DNA of 64,000 nt from an uncultured delta proteobacterium (GCA_963755715.1 CAVWLW010000057.1:32001-96000); one strand, 5' to 3'. Numbered from the stretch's first letter, positions 37,126 through 47,192 are shown. The notes: generated by a model not told the origin, from the sequence alone. A program made the numbers and translations.

Positions 37126-38121
37126 CTAAGGAGTGATCTGCGCGATCGACGCGCCAATGCCGTCCAAGGCGGACTTGCCGTTCGCATCCATGTTGTCACG
37201 GCGCGGCGTATCGTAGTTCGCGATATATGCGGTATCGCCGATGAAGACGATGGCGGCGGGAAATTCCAGCGGACCGCTGCTGCCGTTTTTGGCGATCTCC
37301 TGCACCTGGCCGTCCGGCGTAACGGTGACTACGGCATTGCGCTCATTCGCCGCGACCCAGAGCTTGCCGGTGCGATCAAAGTCAAGGCCATCGGCGCCTT
37401 CGAGCAACGGACTTTGCGCCAATAGAGAAGGCTTCCCGCCTTTGCCGTCGGGGCCGATCACCACCGTCCAAATCGCGCCCCGCGAAGTATCGGCAATGTG
37501 CAGTAGGCCCTTCGCGTCAAATGCCAACCCGTTGGCAACGGTCGCCTGCTGTGTCTTGCCGTCGGGAAGTGTGCGCGTGTGCTTTTCTATTTGAACCGCC
37601 GGTTGGGCGGCACCGCCACTCGCGCCGACTCGGTAGACGATTCCGCTGGCGCCGCCTGAGATGAAAAGGTTTCCTTGGCGGTCAAACGCGATTCCGTTAG
37701 CGCCGGCTGTCCCTGTCGCAAATGTTTGCGCCACCCCCGGCTTCGCTGGATTTAGATCAGATCCCCTGACACGCACGACTTCGCCGAAGGGGCCCACGGC
37801 TACAAAAAGATCGCCCTGCTGATTGAAAGCGATTCCTGCGCCGTCGGCATTGACCTTTTTTCCCGTGATCTCACGCGCTTCGATCCGCCCCACCACAACG
37901 GGCTTCGGAACTTTCGGATCGACGCGAAGAATATTGCCCGTGACCCGATCAGGTAAGTAGAGCCTGCCGTCTTTGTCCGCTGTGATACTTTCCACGATTA
38001 CGGTGCGGTCGGCGCTGGCGGGATCGAGGTCGACTAGGATCGAAACCGCCGGGCTCCGACTTTGGACGGTTGCGCAGGCGCCGAGAAAAAGCGTCAGAAC
38101 GGCAATCGAAATCAATTGCAT
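37126..38121 (-). CDS. SMP-30/gluconolactonase-like beta-propeller lipoprotein
   Basis: Lipobox LGAC; repeated ANGIAFD, ANGLAFD and ADGLDFD blades. Confidence 0.82.
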   Translation of the reverse strand: MQLISIAVLTLFLGACATVQSRSPAVSILVDLDPASADRTVIVESITADKDGRLYLPDRVTGNILRVDPKVPKPVVVGRIEAREITGKKVNADGAGIAFNQQGDLFVAVGPFGEVVRVRGSDLNPAKPGVAQTFATGTAGANGIAFDRQGNLFISGGASGIVYRVGASGGAAQPAVQIEKHTRTLPDGKTQQATVANGLAFDAKGLLHIADTSRGAIWTVVIGPDGKGGKPSLLAQSPLLEGADGLDFDRTGKLWVAANERNAVVTVTPDGQVQEIAKNGSSGPLEFPAAIVFIGDTAYIANYDTPRRDNMDANGKSALDGIGASIAQITP

Positions 38122-38205
38122 ATCGACCTCTCCCCTTACGAGCTATCGAACGATTAAGGAGTCATTCCTCTTGATTACAGGACCGGATGCATTATCGCGT
38201 TAGGG

Positions 38206-39186
38206 TCAAAGATTCAAGGCTTGCGCCGCGTTGCCACCGAGGATTTTTTGCCGTTCGCCATCGGCAAGATCGAGCTGCATTACCTTGTTCACCGTATCAA
38301 AATCACCCATCCCCATCGGATAGTCCGTGCCGATGACGACCCGATCCGCGCCGACGACTTGAACTAAATACTGCAGCGCCGAAAGCGAATGAACAATGGC
38401 GTCAAAATAAAGTTTCCTAAGATACTCGGAAGGTTTTTGCGGCAGGGTCTTTCTCAAGTCCGGACGCAATCCGTACGAATGATCTAGACGCCAGATGTTG
38501 AACGCAACCAATCCGCCGCCATGAGAAAGGCACAGGCGGAGGTTCGGATATTTCTCGAACATACCTTTCAATATCATGCGCTCGATCATCAGGGTGGTGC
38601 GAAAAGTAAATTGCAAAACGTTGCCGAGGATCGGCGCCAGCGGATCGTCGCGATCCAGCCCGCCTTCGAGAGGATGAACAAACAACAGCAATTCCAACTT
38701 CTGCGCCGCTTCAAAAAACGGCTCGAAGATCGGATCATCCAAAGGCTTGTCGCCCACGGCATTGCCGATCTCCAACCCTTTCAAGCCCATGCTCTTCGCC
38801 TCTTCTGCGATGGCGATGGAATCAATCACGCTTTGCAGCGGCACGCTGCCGAAACCGACGAAGCGATCCGGATGCGTTTGCACGACCGCTTGAATCGCCG
38901 CGTTTTGCTTGCGCGAAAAGTGGGCGGCCACAGCCGGCTCCTCCCAGTAAAAAAGCAAAATCGGCGACGGCGAAATCGCCTGCATGTCAATTCGCATCTC
39001 GTCCAGCGCCTTGATCCGCGCCCCAGGATCGTACGCCCCGGCACCAAGGCCGGAACGAAATCCGATCTGCGACGTGACCGACAGCTTGCCCTTGTCCAGC
39101 ACAAGCTTGGGCGCGTGCCTCTCGTACTTGCCGGGGTTCTGCAACGCTTCCACAGGAAAGAAATGAGAGTGTAGATCGATGTTCAT
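38206..39186 (-). CDS. Amidohydrolase_2 family protein (ACMSD-like decarboxylase/hydratase)
   Basis: IDLHSH, FVHP, SHGGG and GTDYP motifs. Confidence 0.88.
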   Translation of the reverse strand: MNIDLHSHFFPVEALQNPGKYERHAPKLVLDKGKLSVTSQIGFRSGLGAGAYDPGARIKALDEMRIDMQAISPSPILLFYWEEPAVAAHFSRKQNAAIQAVVQTHPDRFVGFGSVPLQSVIDSIAIAEEAKSMGLKGLEIGNAVGDKPLDDPIFEPFFEAAQKLELLLFVHPLEGGLDRDDPLAPILGNVLQFTFRTTLMIERMILKGMFEKYPNLRLCLSHGGGLVAFNIWRLDHSYGLRPDLRKTLPQKPSEYLRKLYFDAIVHSLSALQYLVQVVGADRVVIGTDYPMGMGDFDTVNKVMQLDLADGERQKILGGNAAQALNL

Positions 39187-39292
39187 GGCGTACTGTTGCC
39201 TTTGAATGCTCTCTGCTGGCCCGTCCTTTCACATACTCTATACACTAAGGCGTGATTTTCACACTAGCGATTTTCAGAGCCGCCGTCGGCGC

Positions 39293-39517
39293 GTGATCCG
39301 GACCATCGGTGCTCCGATCGAGGTCTCGGATTTGGTCGTGACTTTCAGTAACGATTAAAAGTTTAATCCGAAATTGCGTAACCGCTTTCCCGAAGCATCG
39401 GGTAATCGGGTGTTCGACCTGCCAGGCGAGCACCGAATGATCAAGCCAATCGATTTTGATTATCTCAGCATCGACCGATGCGAGGGACGAGGCAAGGTCG
39501 AAATCTACGCCGGCTAA
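39293..39517 (+). pseudogene. Decayed fragment of a small beta-sandwich secreted protein (DUF2541-like)
   Basis: Manual translation VIRTIGAPIEVSDLVVTFSND*KFNPKLRNRFPEASGNRVFDLPGEHRMIKPIDFDYLSIDRCEGRGKVEIYAG has an internal stop and no N-terminus. Confidence 0.45.
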
Positions 39518-39568
39518 GATTTCTGATCGTGGTGCGGCCGGAATCTCCACTTCGATAGTAGAACCACA

Positions 39569-40681
39569 CTATTTCTGTTTCGCCTTGGCCAAAACCTCGT
39601 CGACGAGTTTCTGCAACGGCTTTATGTCTTCGTATTGGGGTAAGCTCGACAAGAGATATTTGCCGCCTTCTTTCGGCACCTGCTCGTCTTTGTAACGAAT
39701 CATATCTTTCGGGATGTCGGTTCGAAATGAATTTCGGCCGGTCAATTTCTGCCAAGCCAATTGCCCGTCGCGGGATAGAAACCAGTTGAGGTAGACTTTG
39801 GTCGCGTTCGGATGGGGCGCATTCTTGAAAGCAATGATGTGCCCCGAGCCTGAGCTGATCGTATCGCCCTCTTTTTCGCTGAAAATTTGCCTTACCGGCA
39901 AGCCCTGACTACGGGCGTTTTCCGTGTTCTCGAATTTTGCCAGAACGTGCATGTAATACTTTCCGGCGCCGAGCCAATCCATCATTTGATGTTCATTGCC
40001 GCCGAAAACCACTTGCGCCTCGGTGAGCAAACGGGTGATAAACTTTGGACCGAGATCAGGGCTGTAATAGATAAACCGCCAATTGCCGATGTTGCCCGCA
40101 GAGTCGGGGTCCGTCATGACGAACTTGCCTCGATACTTGGACGCGAGCAGATCCCACCACGAGTCGATTTCACCGGCCTTGATAAAGTTCGTGTTGATGG
40201 CTCCGATACCCGATCCCGCGTCCCCTTGCGCCATGAAGACATGCTGCCTTTCGGGATCCGAATAAAGGTGCTTCTTCGACCACCATTTCGTCTGATCCAC
40301 GACTTCAGGGAGAATCAGTTGCGGCGGCAGCGCCTGCAGAAGGCCGGCCTTATGATAGACCAGCACCATCGTTCCGCCGCCGCCGATGCTCAGGTCGACG
40401 AGATGCTTGTCCGCCCTTTTCTCGGCCATAATCTTTTTCGCCAAGTCGCTTCCCGATCCGCCGATGAAATTGATCTTGATCTTGGGATAGGCATCTTTGA
40501 ACGCAAGAATCGCCTTACCGACCCCCGCGCGCGATTGCCCATAGATCGTCACCTCCCCTTCCTTTTCGGCCGCGGCGACGGTCTTATCCCAGTCCTGTTT
40601 CCAATCACCGCGCACGCGATCCACCACGATCAAGTTGAGCAGGAACACAGCTAATAGGCTTACCCCGAGTGAATTCTTCAC
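39569..40681 (-). CDS. ABC transporter extracellular solute-binding protein
   Basis: Signal peptide; WDKTVAAAEKEGEV, WWDLL..KYRGK and NAPHPNATKVYLNWFLSRDGQ motifs. Confidence 0.88.
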   Translation of the reverse strand: MKNSLGVSLLAVFLLNLIVVDRVRGDWKQDWDKTVAAAEKEGEVTIYGQSRAGVGKAILAFKDAYPKIKINFIGGSGSDLAKKIMAEKRADKHLVDLSIGGGGTMVLVYHKAGLLQALPPQLILPEVVDQTKWWSKKHLYSDPERQHVFMAQGDAGSGIGAINTNFIKAGEIDSWWDLLASKYRGKFVMTDPDSAGNIGNWRFIYYSPDLGPKFITRLLTEAQVVFGGNEHQMMDWLGAGKYYMHVLAKFENTENARSQGLPVRQIFSEKEGDTISSGSGHIIAFKNAPHPNATKVYLNWFLSRDGQLAWQKLTGRNSFRTDIPKDMIRYKDEQVPKEGGKYLLSSLPQYEDIKPLQKLVDEVLAKAKQK

Positions 40682-40913
40682 ATGACACCTAACCTTTTCA
40701 AAGGGTCACTTATCTCAATCCAGCCAAGGTCGCCTCGCGCTATACGCGACACTCATAGCCAGACCAGTATCTTTAGCCGTTATTGGTAATCAAGAGAAGT
40801 GGCTAAGGTTTGGGCACGCTGGAAAGAAAAATTTCCTGGAAACAACGAACTGATCACTGGCAGCGCGCTCTGCTAAAAATGAATGAGGGGATTTGCCGGC
40901 GGCGTGAAGGACA

Positions 40914-40950
40914 AAAATCCAGCCGCTCAGCATGGAAGCGGCCGGATTTT
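40914..40950 (-). terminator. Probable intrinsic terminator
   Basis: aaaatccagccgct...gcggccggatttt imperfect hairpin downstream of the small basic protein gene. Confidence 0.5.
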
Positions 40951-41029
40951 CGCACACGCGATAATGATGAACAAATAGAACCGACCTTCAGTTGACCGGT
41001 TTACACTCTTCGCTGGGTCTCGTCGAGCC

Positions 41030-41218
41030 TTATTTCTTTTTCGATTTCTTGCGCGGCACCTTTGCGCCGGCGCGGCGCGCTTCCGAGAGACCGATCGCAA
41101 TCGCTTGCTTGCGACTCTTTACCTTTTTTCCTGATCGCCCGCTTTTCAGCGTGCCTCTTTTGCGTTCGTGCATTGCCCGCTTAACTTTTTGCGCCGCTTT
41201 TTTACCGTATCTCGCCAT
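41030..41218 (-). CDS. Small basic protein (DUF6496-like)
   Basis: MARYGKKAAQKVKRAMHERKRGTLKSGRSGKKVKSRKQAIAIGLSEAR; AAGGAG RBS. Confidence 0.85.
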   Translation of the reverse strand: MARYGKKAAQKVKRAMHERKRGTLKSGRSGKKVKSRKQAIAIGLSEARRAGAKVPRKKSKKK

Positions 41219-41283
41219 AATGCGCTCCTTTAGAATACTTGTGAGAATATTGAGCACGTCCAAAGGTAAGACCGTCGGCACCG

Positions 41284-41730
41284 TTAGCTCGCCTTACGCA
41301 TTCGTTTGTGTTTGGCTTCCTCGATTTGTTCGCCCAACTGCTCTAGCTCCGCGCTGTCGATCAGCCTGCGAATCTTGGGAAACATTTTCCCTTCCTCTTC
41401 CTCCTCCGCGTGGTGCTCGACATCGTCTTTCAGTACTTTGAATTTCGGCTTAAACCGCTCGCTGCTGGGCGAGAGCCGGGACATCTCACGGAGCACCGTT
41501 TTAACTTGCTTGTGCTCCTCCAAAGATTCGAGCACCATGTCCTTCAACTCTTCGTATTCTTCGATCGCTGGATAAAAAATCGTCTCCTCGAGCCGGGTAT
41601 GTGTTTCGAGCTCGGTCTTGATCTCTTTAAAAATCTGTTTCTGCTGCTTTTTGTCTTTGGCTGCTTGACATTGTTCGAACAGTTGCTTGACCTTTTGATG
41701 ATCCTGTTTAAGAAGCTCCAATGCGTCCAT
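41284..41730 (-). CDS. Hemerythrin-like (HHE) cation-binding protein
   Basis: LLKQDH..VK.LF, LETHTRLEETIFYP, EEH and HHAEEEE..MFP motifs. Confidence 0.9.
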   Translation of the reverse strand: MDALELLKQDHQKVKQLFEQCQAAKDKKQQKQIFKEIKTELETHTRLEETIFYPAIEEYEELKDMVLESLEEHKQVKTVLREMSRLSPSSERFKPKFKVLKDDVEHHAEEEEEGKMFPKIRRLIDSAELEQLGEQIEEAKHKRMRKAS

Positions 41731-41769
41731 TTTTAATACTTCCGTGAATGACCCTGATACTCAAAAGTG

Positions 41770-41784
41770 GCAAGTCTTATGCCA
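41770..41784 (-). promoter_or_regulatory. Putative sigma54 (-24/-12) promoter of the hemerythrin/DUF6496 unit
   Basis: TGGCATAAGACTTGC (GG-N10-GC) about 40 nt upstream of the ATG. Confidence 0.65.
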
Positions 41785-42117
41785 AACGGGTTGTGCTATC
41801 GGCGAGTGCTGCGATAAGCGCGTTCCGAAAACACTTTTCTCCTGGGCCCGTTGATCCGCGCTGGTTTACAGACCCACGCGCCAAGAGTTTTCCTGTCGGC
41901 ATTTATCCGACGAAGCTTGATTTTTGTATAAATTTCGCGACAGAAATTTCTTGTTCGCAAGCATGCATGGTCTTGCCGTCCGGCTTGACATCACTCACAG
42001 CCGAGGCTCTGCGCAAGTGATTACTTGACCCAAGGGCTCACCCTGCCCTATTTTACGCCCACGTCGACTCAACGGAGTCCGGTCAGTCGGCGCAAGCTTC
42101 AGAAAAAGAGGCGAGCT

Positions 42118-43113
42118 ATGCGACGATTATCGATCTGGGCCCTTGTTTCGCTTTTCCTGCTGGAAACGAACGCAGCCGTGCGCGCGGCGGACGCTATGCG
42201 CGCGGCCAGCGGCGGCTTCACCACGGCGATTCACGCCGTCATGTGGGCCGCCTATGATGAAAAGCTTTTCAAGAAATACGGTCTCGATGTCGAATACCTG
42301 GCGCTCAACTCCGGTCGATTAGGGATGCAGATGCTGCTTTCCGACGACGTACAGACGCTGTTTTCAACCGGCGTTACCGTGGTCACGACCAATTTGCAGA
42401 AGGCCGACTTGGCGATCATCGCCGGCGGACTCAATTTTTTCCCGACGAAGCTCATCGTTCGTCCGGAAGTAAAAAGAGCCGCCGACCTTAAAGGCAAGGT
42501 TCTCGCCGTCGGCGGCTTCGGCGCAGCCAATCACATGGCGCTCTTGGTCGCGTTGGAAAAGCTCGGCGTCAATCCGAAGGATGTCACAGTCATCCAAGTG
42601 GGCGGCGCAGCGGCACAACTGACGGCGCTCGCCAAAGGCGTGGTCCATGGCCTGATGTTCAATGAGCCCCAAGCAACAATCGCGGTGAGAAAGTTCGGCA
42701 TGCAAGCGCTCATCGACCTGATGGAAAGCAAAACCCCTTTCCCGCAGAACTGTTTTATTGTCAAACGAAGCTATCTCGAAGCCAACCGTGAAAAAGTCGG
42801 CAACTTCATGAAAGCGGTGGTCGAGGCGATTTATCTGCTCAAGAAAGACCGGCCGCTGGCGCTGCGGCTCATCAAAAAATATATCCGTGTGAGCGACGAG
42901 GAGGCGGCGCTCGGCTACGATTATTACCTGGCCAAGCACAGCGAGGGCATCTTGGAGCTGCCCGACCGACGCGGTCTTCAGTTTGTCATCGATGAGACCG
43001 CGAAGACCAATCCCAAGGCCGCGGGACAGACGCCGGAGTCGCTCAAACTGCTCGAACCCGCCGTCCTCGACGAGCTGAAAAAAAGCGGTTTTGTGGAGCG
43101 CGCAAAAAAATAA
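42118..43113 (+). CDS. ABC transporter substrate-binding protein (NMT1/TauA-like)
   Basis: Signal peptide MRRLSIWAL; LFKKYGLDVE, DLKGKVLAV and LDELKKSGF motifs. Confidence 0.88.
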   Translation: MRRLSIWALVSLFLLETNAAVRAADAMRAASGGFTTAIHAVMWAAYDEKLFKKYGLDVEYLALNSGRLGMQMLLSDDVQTLFSTGVTVVTTNLQKADLAIIAGGLNFFPTKLIVRPEVKRAADLKGKVLAVGGFGAANHMALLVALEKLGVNPKDVTVIQVGGAAAQLTALAKGVVHGLMFNEPQATIAVRKFGMQALIDLMESKTPFPQNCFIVKRSYLEANREKVGNFMKAVVEAIYLLKKDRPLALRLIKKYIRVSDEEAALGYDYYLAKHSEGILELPDRRGLQFVIDETAKTNPKAAGQTPESLKLLEPAVLDELKKSGFVERAKK

Positions 43114-43329
43114 TTCGCGCTTGGCGCAACGATGAACGCGTAGCGATCAGCCCGTTGATGGGCTAAAGACAGCGCCATTCTATGAAATAAACCGCGCCCG
43201 TGACAGGTATTCCTTCAAGGGGCCTGCCATCTTGACGGCCATCGTCGGTTTGCCGTATTCAAGAGGTGAGAATAGTGATAGCGTCTCGGACAAAATTACT
43301 TTACGGATAGCAATCAAAAGGAGGTTTTT

Positions 43330-43767
43330 ATGAGTCTACTCAAAGTCGAAGGCGTGACGCACTGGTCGATTCCGGTGAATAGTCTTGACGAATCCGAAAA
43401 ATTTTACGGCGACCTGCTCGGCCTCAAACCTCTCGGTCGACTGGGCAATTCCGGCATGTCGTGCTTTAACGTCGGCGACCACAACATCCTGCTCTGCCAG
43501 CGTGCAGCGAACGTCGATAAATCCTTTACCGAGGACCAGAACGTGCACCATTCCTTCACCGTCAGCCCGGAAACGTTGGTGCAAGCCTGCAAGATCTTCA
43601 AAGAGCAAAAAATACCTATTGACCGGCTGTACTATCGGGCGAAGGGTTTTTTCACCGGTAGGGAGCTTTATTTCTTCGATCCGAGCGGCAATCGCCTCGA
43701 GCTGCGTGATCCGACCTGGAAAGCGGGCATGCCGGAACCGAGCTTTGAAGAGCTAGCGCACTCTTAG
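43330..43767 (+). CDS. VOC/glyoxalase family protein
   Basis: THWSIPVNSLDESEKFYGDLLG, HHSF and YFFDPSGNRLEL; AGGAGG RBS. Confidence 0.9.
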   Translation: MSLLKVEGVTHWSIPVNSLDESEKFYGDLLGLKPLGRLGNSGMSCFNVGDHNILLCQRAANVDKSFTEDQNVHHSFTVSPETLVQACKIFKEQKIPIDRLYYRAKGFFTGRELYFFDPSGNRLELRDPTWKAGMPEPSFEELAHS

Positions 43768-43948
43768 CACGATAGTAAACAGGCAGGAGCAGTCTGGCTT
43801 GTACCGCTGGGACGCGGCCTGCCCTATTTTGCCGACGAGCCGCAACGTAGCGGGAAGCGACGGATTATTTCTGCACGACGGCCCAAGACCACCGCCCAAA
43901 AAGCGTATAAAAACCCTCTCCATAGACTCGGCGTTTCGTGAGGTTTGA

Positions 43949-43977
43949 TTGACAACCTCACGAAGCGCCGATAAACT
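43949..43977 (+). promoter_or_regulatory. Putative sigma70 promoter
   Basis: TTGACA-N17-TAAACT upstream of the cupin at 44039. Confidence 0.6.
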
Positions 43978-44038
43978 TTTGATGTTTTCGGGTTTTTCGC
44001 CGGTACGAGTGACGCACCGCGAGATAAGGAGCCCCGTC

Positions 44039-44401
44039 ATGATTCTCTCTAAAAATGCTGACGTCCAAGGGGTGATCGTTAAATCCATCGAAGGTAAACC
44101 GATGTACGGCGGCGATCTGATCGTCAAACCGCTGCTCAAAGGCGACGAGATGACCTTTCTCGAGATTCATTATACGCCCGGCGTGGGCGCGCCGCTGCAC
44201 GTGCACACGCATGAATCGCTCGCTTATGTCGTCAAAGGGAAAGTGAAGATGACCGTAGGCAAGGAAGAATATATCCTCGGCCCCGGCGATGTGTGCCGCC
44301 ATCCCAAAGGGGTGCCGCACGGCGTCGAAGGCATCGAGGAATCGATCGTCGTTGAAATCAAATCGCCCGCCCCCGAGATCGGCAGCTTTCTCGGCATGTG
44401 A
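44039..44401 (+). CDS. Cupin domain protein
   Basis: PLHVHTHESLAYVVKG and PKGVPHG; AAGGAG RBS. Confidence 0.88.
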   Translation: MILSKNADVQGVIVKSIEGKPMYGGDLIVKPLLKGDEMTFLEIHYTPGVGAPLHVHTHESLAYVVKGKVKMTVGKEEYILGPGDVCRHPKGVPHGVEGIEESIVVEIKSPAPEIGSFLGM

Positions 44402-44449
44402 CATTCGATGCGCTCAAGCTAGTAAATCACTCGAGGAGATGAAAAAATT

Positions 44450-44803
44450 ATGGCGGGCAAGGCAAAATATTTGATGATCGCGACGATGGATATCGATGCC
44501 GAGCATGAAGCGATTTTCAATGAAGTGTACGACAAAGAGCACGTGCCGAATCTGAGTAAAGTGCCCGGCGTGATCGGCATCACGCGCTATAAACGCGGCA
44601 CGCTGAAGATGAACATCGGCGGTGAAACCAAGACTATCGAGATACCCAACGAGCCGGCTTATACGGCGATCTACGAACTGGAAAGTCCGGACGTTTTAAC
44701 CAGTCCGGGCTGGGACAAAGCGATCGAAGAGGGCCGCTGGCCCAGTCAAGTAAGACCTTTCACGAAAAACCGCCGCCACGTTCTGCTAAAAATCATGGAC
44801 TAA
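44450..44803 (+). CDS. Dimeric alpha-beta barrel (EthD/DUF4286-like) protein
   Basis: FNEVYDKEHVPNL.KVPGV and YTAIYELESPDVL motifs. Confidence 0.7.
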   Translation: MAGKAKYLMIATMDIDAEHEAIFNEVYDKEHVPNLSKVPGVIGITRYKRGTLKMNIGGETKTIEIPNEPAYTAIYELESPDVLTSPGWDKAIEEGRWPSQVRPFTKNRRHVLLKIMD

Positions 44804-44821
44804 CGACGTTGTCGTGCTGGT

Positions 44822-45295
44822 TTATCGAGCGGCGCCACCGGCCAAAATTTTTTCAAGCGACGCGCCGATCGACTCCGCTTGCAAGCTTTCAATATGGCGT
44901 TCGAAGAGTGGAAATAATTCGCGCTCTTCTTTGCGGATGTGGCGTTCGAGAAGATCCCCTAAATCGAAGACGAGCTTAGCGACACCGGTGCCGGCCTCAA
45001 GCTGGGGCACTGCCTGGCGCATCGCGGCGTGATCACGGATCAGCTCGTCGATAACCAACCCGATCTCGGGCAGCGCCGCGCGCAGCGCCGGAAACAGCAC
45101 TTCCTCCTCGGCGCGAAAGTGCGCTTGCAAGTTGTTCGTATAAAAAGCGACAAATTCGCTGGCGCGCTCGCGTAAACCGGCAGCGCCCATCGGCTTGATC
45201 TGCCCCAGCGCCTGTTTGCGGCAACGCAGCGCCAAAGCCAAACCATGGTGATGATCGTGCGATAGCGGAATTAAACTGGGGTGGCGGGCGGTCAT
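44822..45295 (-). CDS. Hemerythrin-like domain protein
   Basis: RHPSLIPLSHDHHHGL, HFRAEEEVLFP and HIRKEERELFP motifs. Confidence 0.82.
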   Translation of the reverse strand: MTARHPSLIPLSHDHHHGLALALRCRKQALGQIKPMGAAGLRERASEFVAFYTNNLQAHFRAEEEVLFPALRAALPEIGLVIDELIRDHAAMRQAVPQLEAGTGVAKLVFDLGDLLERHIRKEERELFPLFERHIESLQAESIGASLEKILAGGAAR

Positions 45296-45351
45296 AAGAA
45301 GCCGAGGCAATGGAGTATCGAGATCCCGACACCTCCGGTACTCCAATCTTT

Positions 45352-46527
45352 TTATATCGCTTCCTTAGCGCGCAGATCCGAAATCGCCGCGCGATCGAAT
45401 CCCAGCCCCGTCAAAATCTCTTCCGTGTGCTCTCCCAGCATCGGCGGCGGCCGATCGATGCTGGGCGGCGTACGGCTCATGTCGACGGCGTTGCCGAGGA
45501 GCTTCATTTTGCCCATCTTGGGATGCTCGACTTCTATGGGAAAGCCATAGGTCTGCACTTGCGGATCGGCGAACACCTCGTCCAACGTGTTGATCGGCGC
45601 GGCCGGAACATCCATTTCGGTTAAACGACGTAACCAGTCCTCGCGCCGCCCGCCGCGAAAGATCGGCGTCAGTTGCTCGACGAGCGTGTCGTAATTTTCT
45701 ATCCGTGCTTTACGGTTATTGAACCGCGAATCTTCCGACCACTCGGGCTTGCCGACCACCTCGAACATGTTGCGCCAGAACTTATCCGGCGACGACATAT
45801 GCAGGACAAACGGCAAGCCGTCGCGATCTTCGAATGCGAAAACTCCCGCCGTGGTCGTGCGGTGCTTGCGCCGCGGCACATGTCCGGTCTCGAAGTAGCG
45901 CGCGGCGTTTTCGCCGACGAAGGAAACCGAGGCGCGCAAAAGCGACGTCTCGACGTGCTGTCCTTCGCCGCTGAGCATGCGGTTCATCAGCGCACTCAAC
46001 ACGCCGTAGCATGCGTACATGCCGGTCAAGTGGTCGGAGAAGGAAATTCCCATGCCCTGCGGTTTTCCTGGGTCCGTGAGCAGGCTTAACAAGCCGCTAC
46101 GTGCCTGGCCGACCGTGTCATAACCGGGCATATCGCGGTAAGGTCCCGTCGGACCGAAACCGGAAATCGAGCAATAGACGATTTTGGAATTTAATTTTTT
46201 GATATCGTCGTAGCCCAAGCCGCGCTTCTCCATCACGCCCGGACGGAAATTCTGGATCAGAACATCCGCCTCAGACGCGAGCCGGAGCGCGATATCGCGC
46301 CCCGCATCGACGCGCAAGTCCAGTGTGATGCTTTTCTTGTTGCGATTTAGACTGCAAAACGTCGCGGCATAATTTCTCTCACCCCAACCGCGAAACGGAT
46401 CGCCGCGCTTTGGTTCTTCGATCTTAACGACTTCCGCTCCCATGTCCGCCAGAAGCTGTGAAGCAAACGGACCGGTAACGTAGCTCGCCGCCTCGACGAT
46501 CCTGATGCCCGCCAGTGCGCCATTCAT
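45352..46527 (-). CDS. CoA transferase, CaiB/BaiF family III
   Basis: GPFASQLLADMGAEVVKIE, NRNKKS, NFRPG, ISGFG..GPY and PPMLGEHT motifs. Confidence 0.93.
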   Translation of the reverse strand: MNGALAGIRIVEAASYVTGPFASQLLADMGAEVVKIEEPKRGDPFRGWGERNYAATFCSLNRNKKSITLDLRVDAGRDIALRLASEADVLIQNFRPGVMEKRGLGYDDIKKLNSKIVYCSISGFGPTGPYRDMPGYDTVGQARSGLLSLLTDPGKPQGMGISFSDHLTGMYACYGVLSALMNRMLSGEGQHVETSLLRASVSFVGENAARYFETGHVPRRKHRTTTAGVFAFEDRDGLPFVLHMSSPDKFWRNMFEVVGKPEWSEDSRFNNRKARIENYDTLVEQLTPIFRGGRREDWLRRLTEMDVPAAPINTLDEVFADPQVQTYGFPIEVEHPKMGKMKLLGNAVDMSRTPPSIDRPPPMLGEHTEEILTGLGFDRAAISDLRAKEAI

Positions 46528-46700
46528 GAGAAAACCATCCTATTTCTATTTAAATTTGAAAAAATTGCCGCTCATATGTCGTAGGTTGGACGGCCCGGTA
46601 AGTCAAGGCCAAGCGGGCAAACGGATAGCGCGCCGATCTGCCCCTCGGTGGCAACCAGCGCGCTTCGGTACTCGTGATGGGTTCTAAGTGAGTTGTAGAA

Positions 46701-46904
46701 CTAACGTTCTTCAGTGTGCATCTTGCGCGGCGGCGGGGTCGTACCCTGAGGTGATACCATAGCGATGATCTCGCTCCGGCTAAAGCGCCAACCGCCACCG
46801 AACTTGCGACCCGGTATCGAGCCCTCTTTAACCAGCTTGTAGACAGTTCGGGGGTGTATCTGCAAAAGCTCCGCTACTTCGCCGGCCGTTAAAATCTCAT
46901 CCAT
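46701..46904 (-). CDS. Excisionase-family helix-turn-helix DNA-binding protein (HTH_17)
   Basis: ILTAGEVAELLQIHPRTVYKLVKEGSIPGRKFGGGWRF. Confidence 0.88.
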   Translation of the reverse strand: MDEILTAGEVAELLQIHPRTVYKLVKEGSIPGRKFGGGWRFSRSEIIAMVSPQGTTPPPRKMHTEER

Positions 46905-46947
46905 AATCAGGTCTCCCGCCTTTCGTGAAATCTAGAGTTCCATATAG

Positions 46948-46962
46948 GCAGAATCCGTGCCA
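46948..46962 (-). promoter_or_regulatory. Putative sigma54 (-24/-12) promoter of the HTH gene
   Basis: TGGCACGGATTCTGC (GG-N10-GC) about 44 nt upstream of the ATG. Confidence 0.6.
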
Positions 46963-47192
46963 GCTCGACAACCTAGAATTAGGTGGCCAAAAAACGACAA
47001 ATTCAGAAATTGAAACCGCGTCCCGTAGGAAAGTCCTACAGATAAGTGCAGGAAATGCGAAAAAACGAACAATTGTAAACAACCCTATGAATACTCCGAG
47101 CATATCGATCAGGCCGATGAATCCGCGATCACAACCGGCAGTTTGTCGCAAAACAGACTTCGCGCGCGCTCTTGTACAACAAACGAAACTAT

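Noticed and set aside
46701-46904. Prophage or ICE marked by the excisionase-like gene
   Set aside because: No integrase, tRNA target, att repeats or phage genes nearby.
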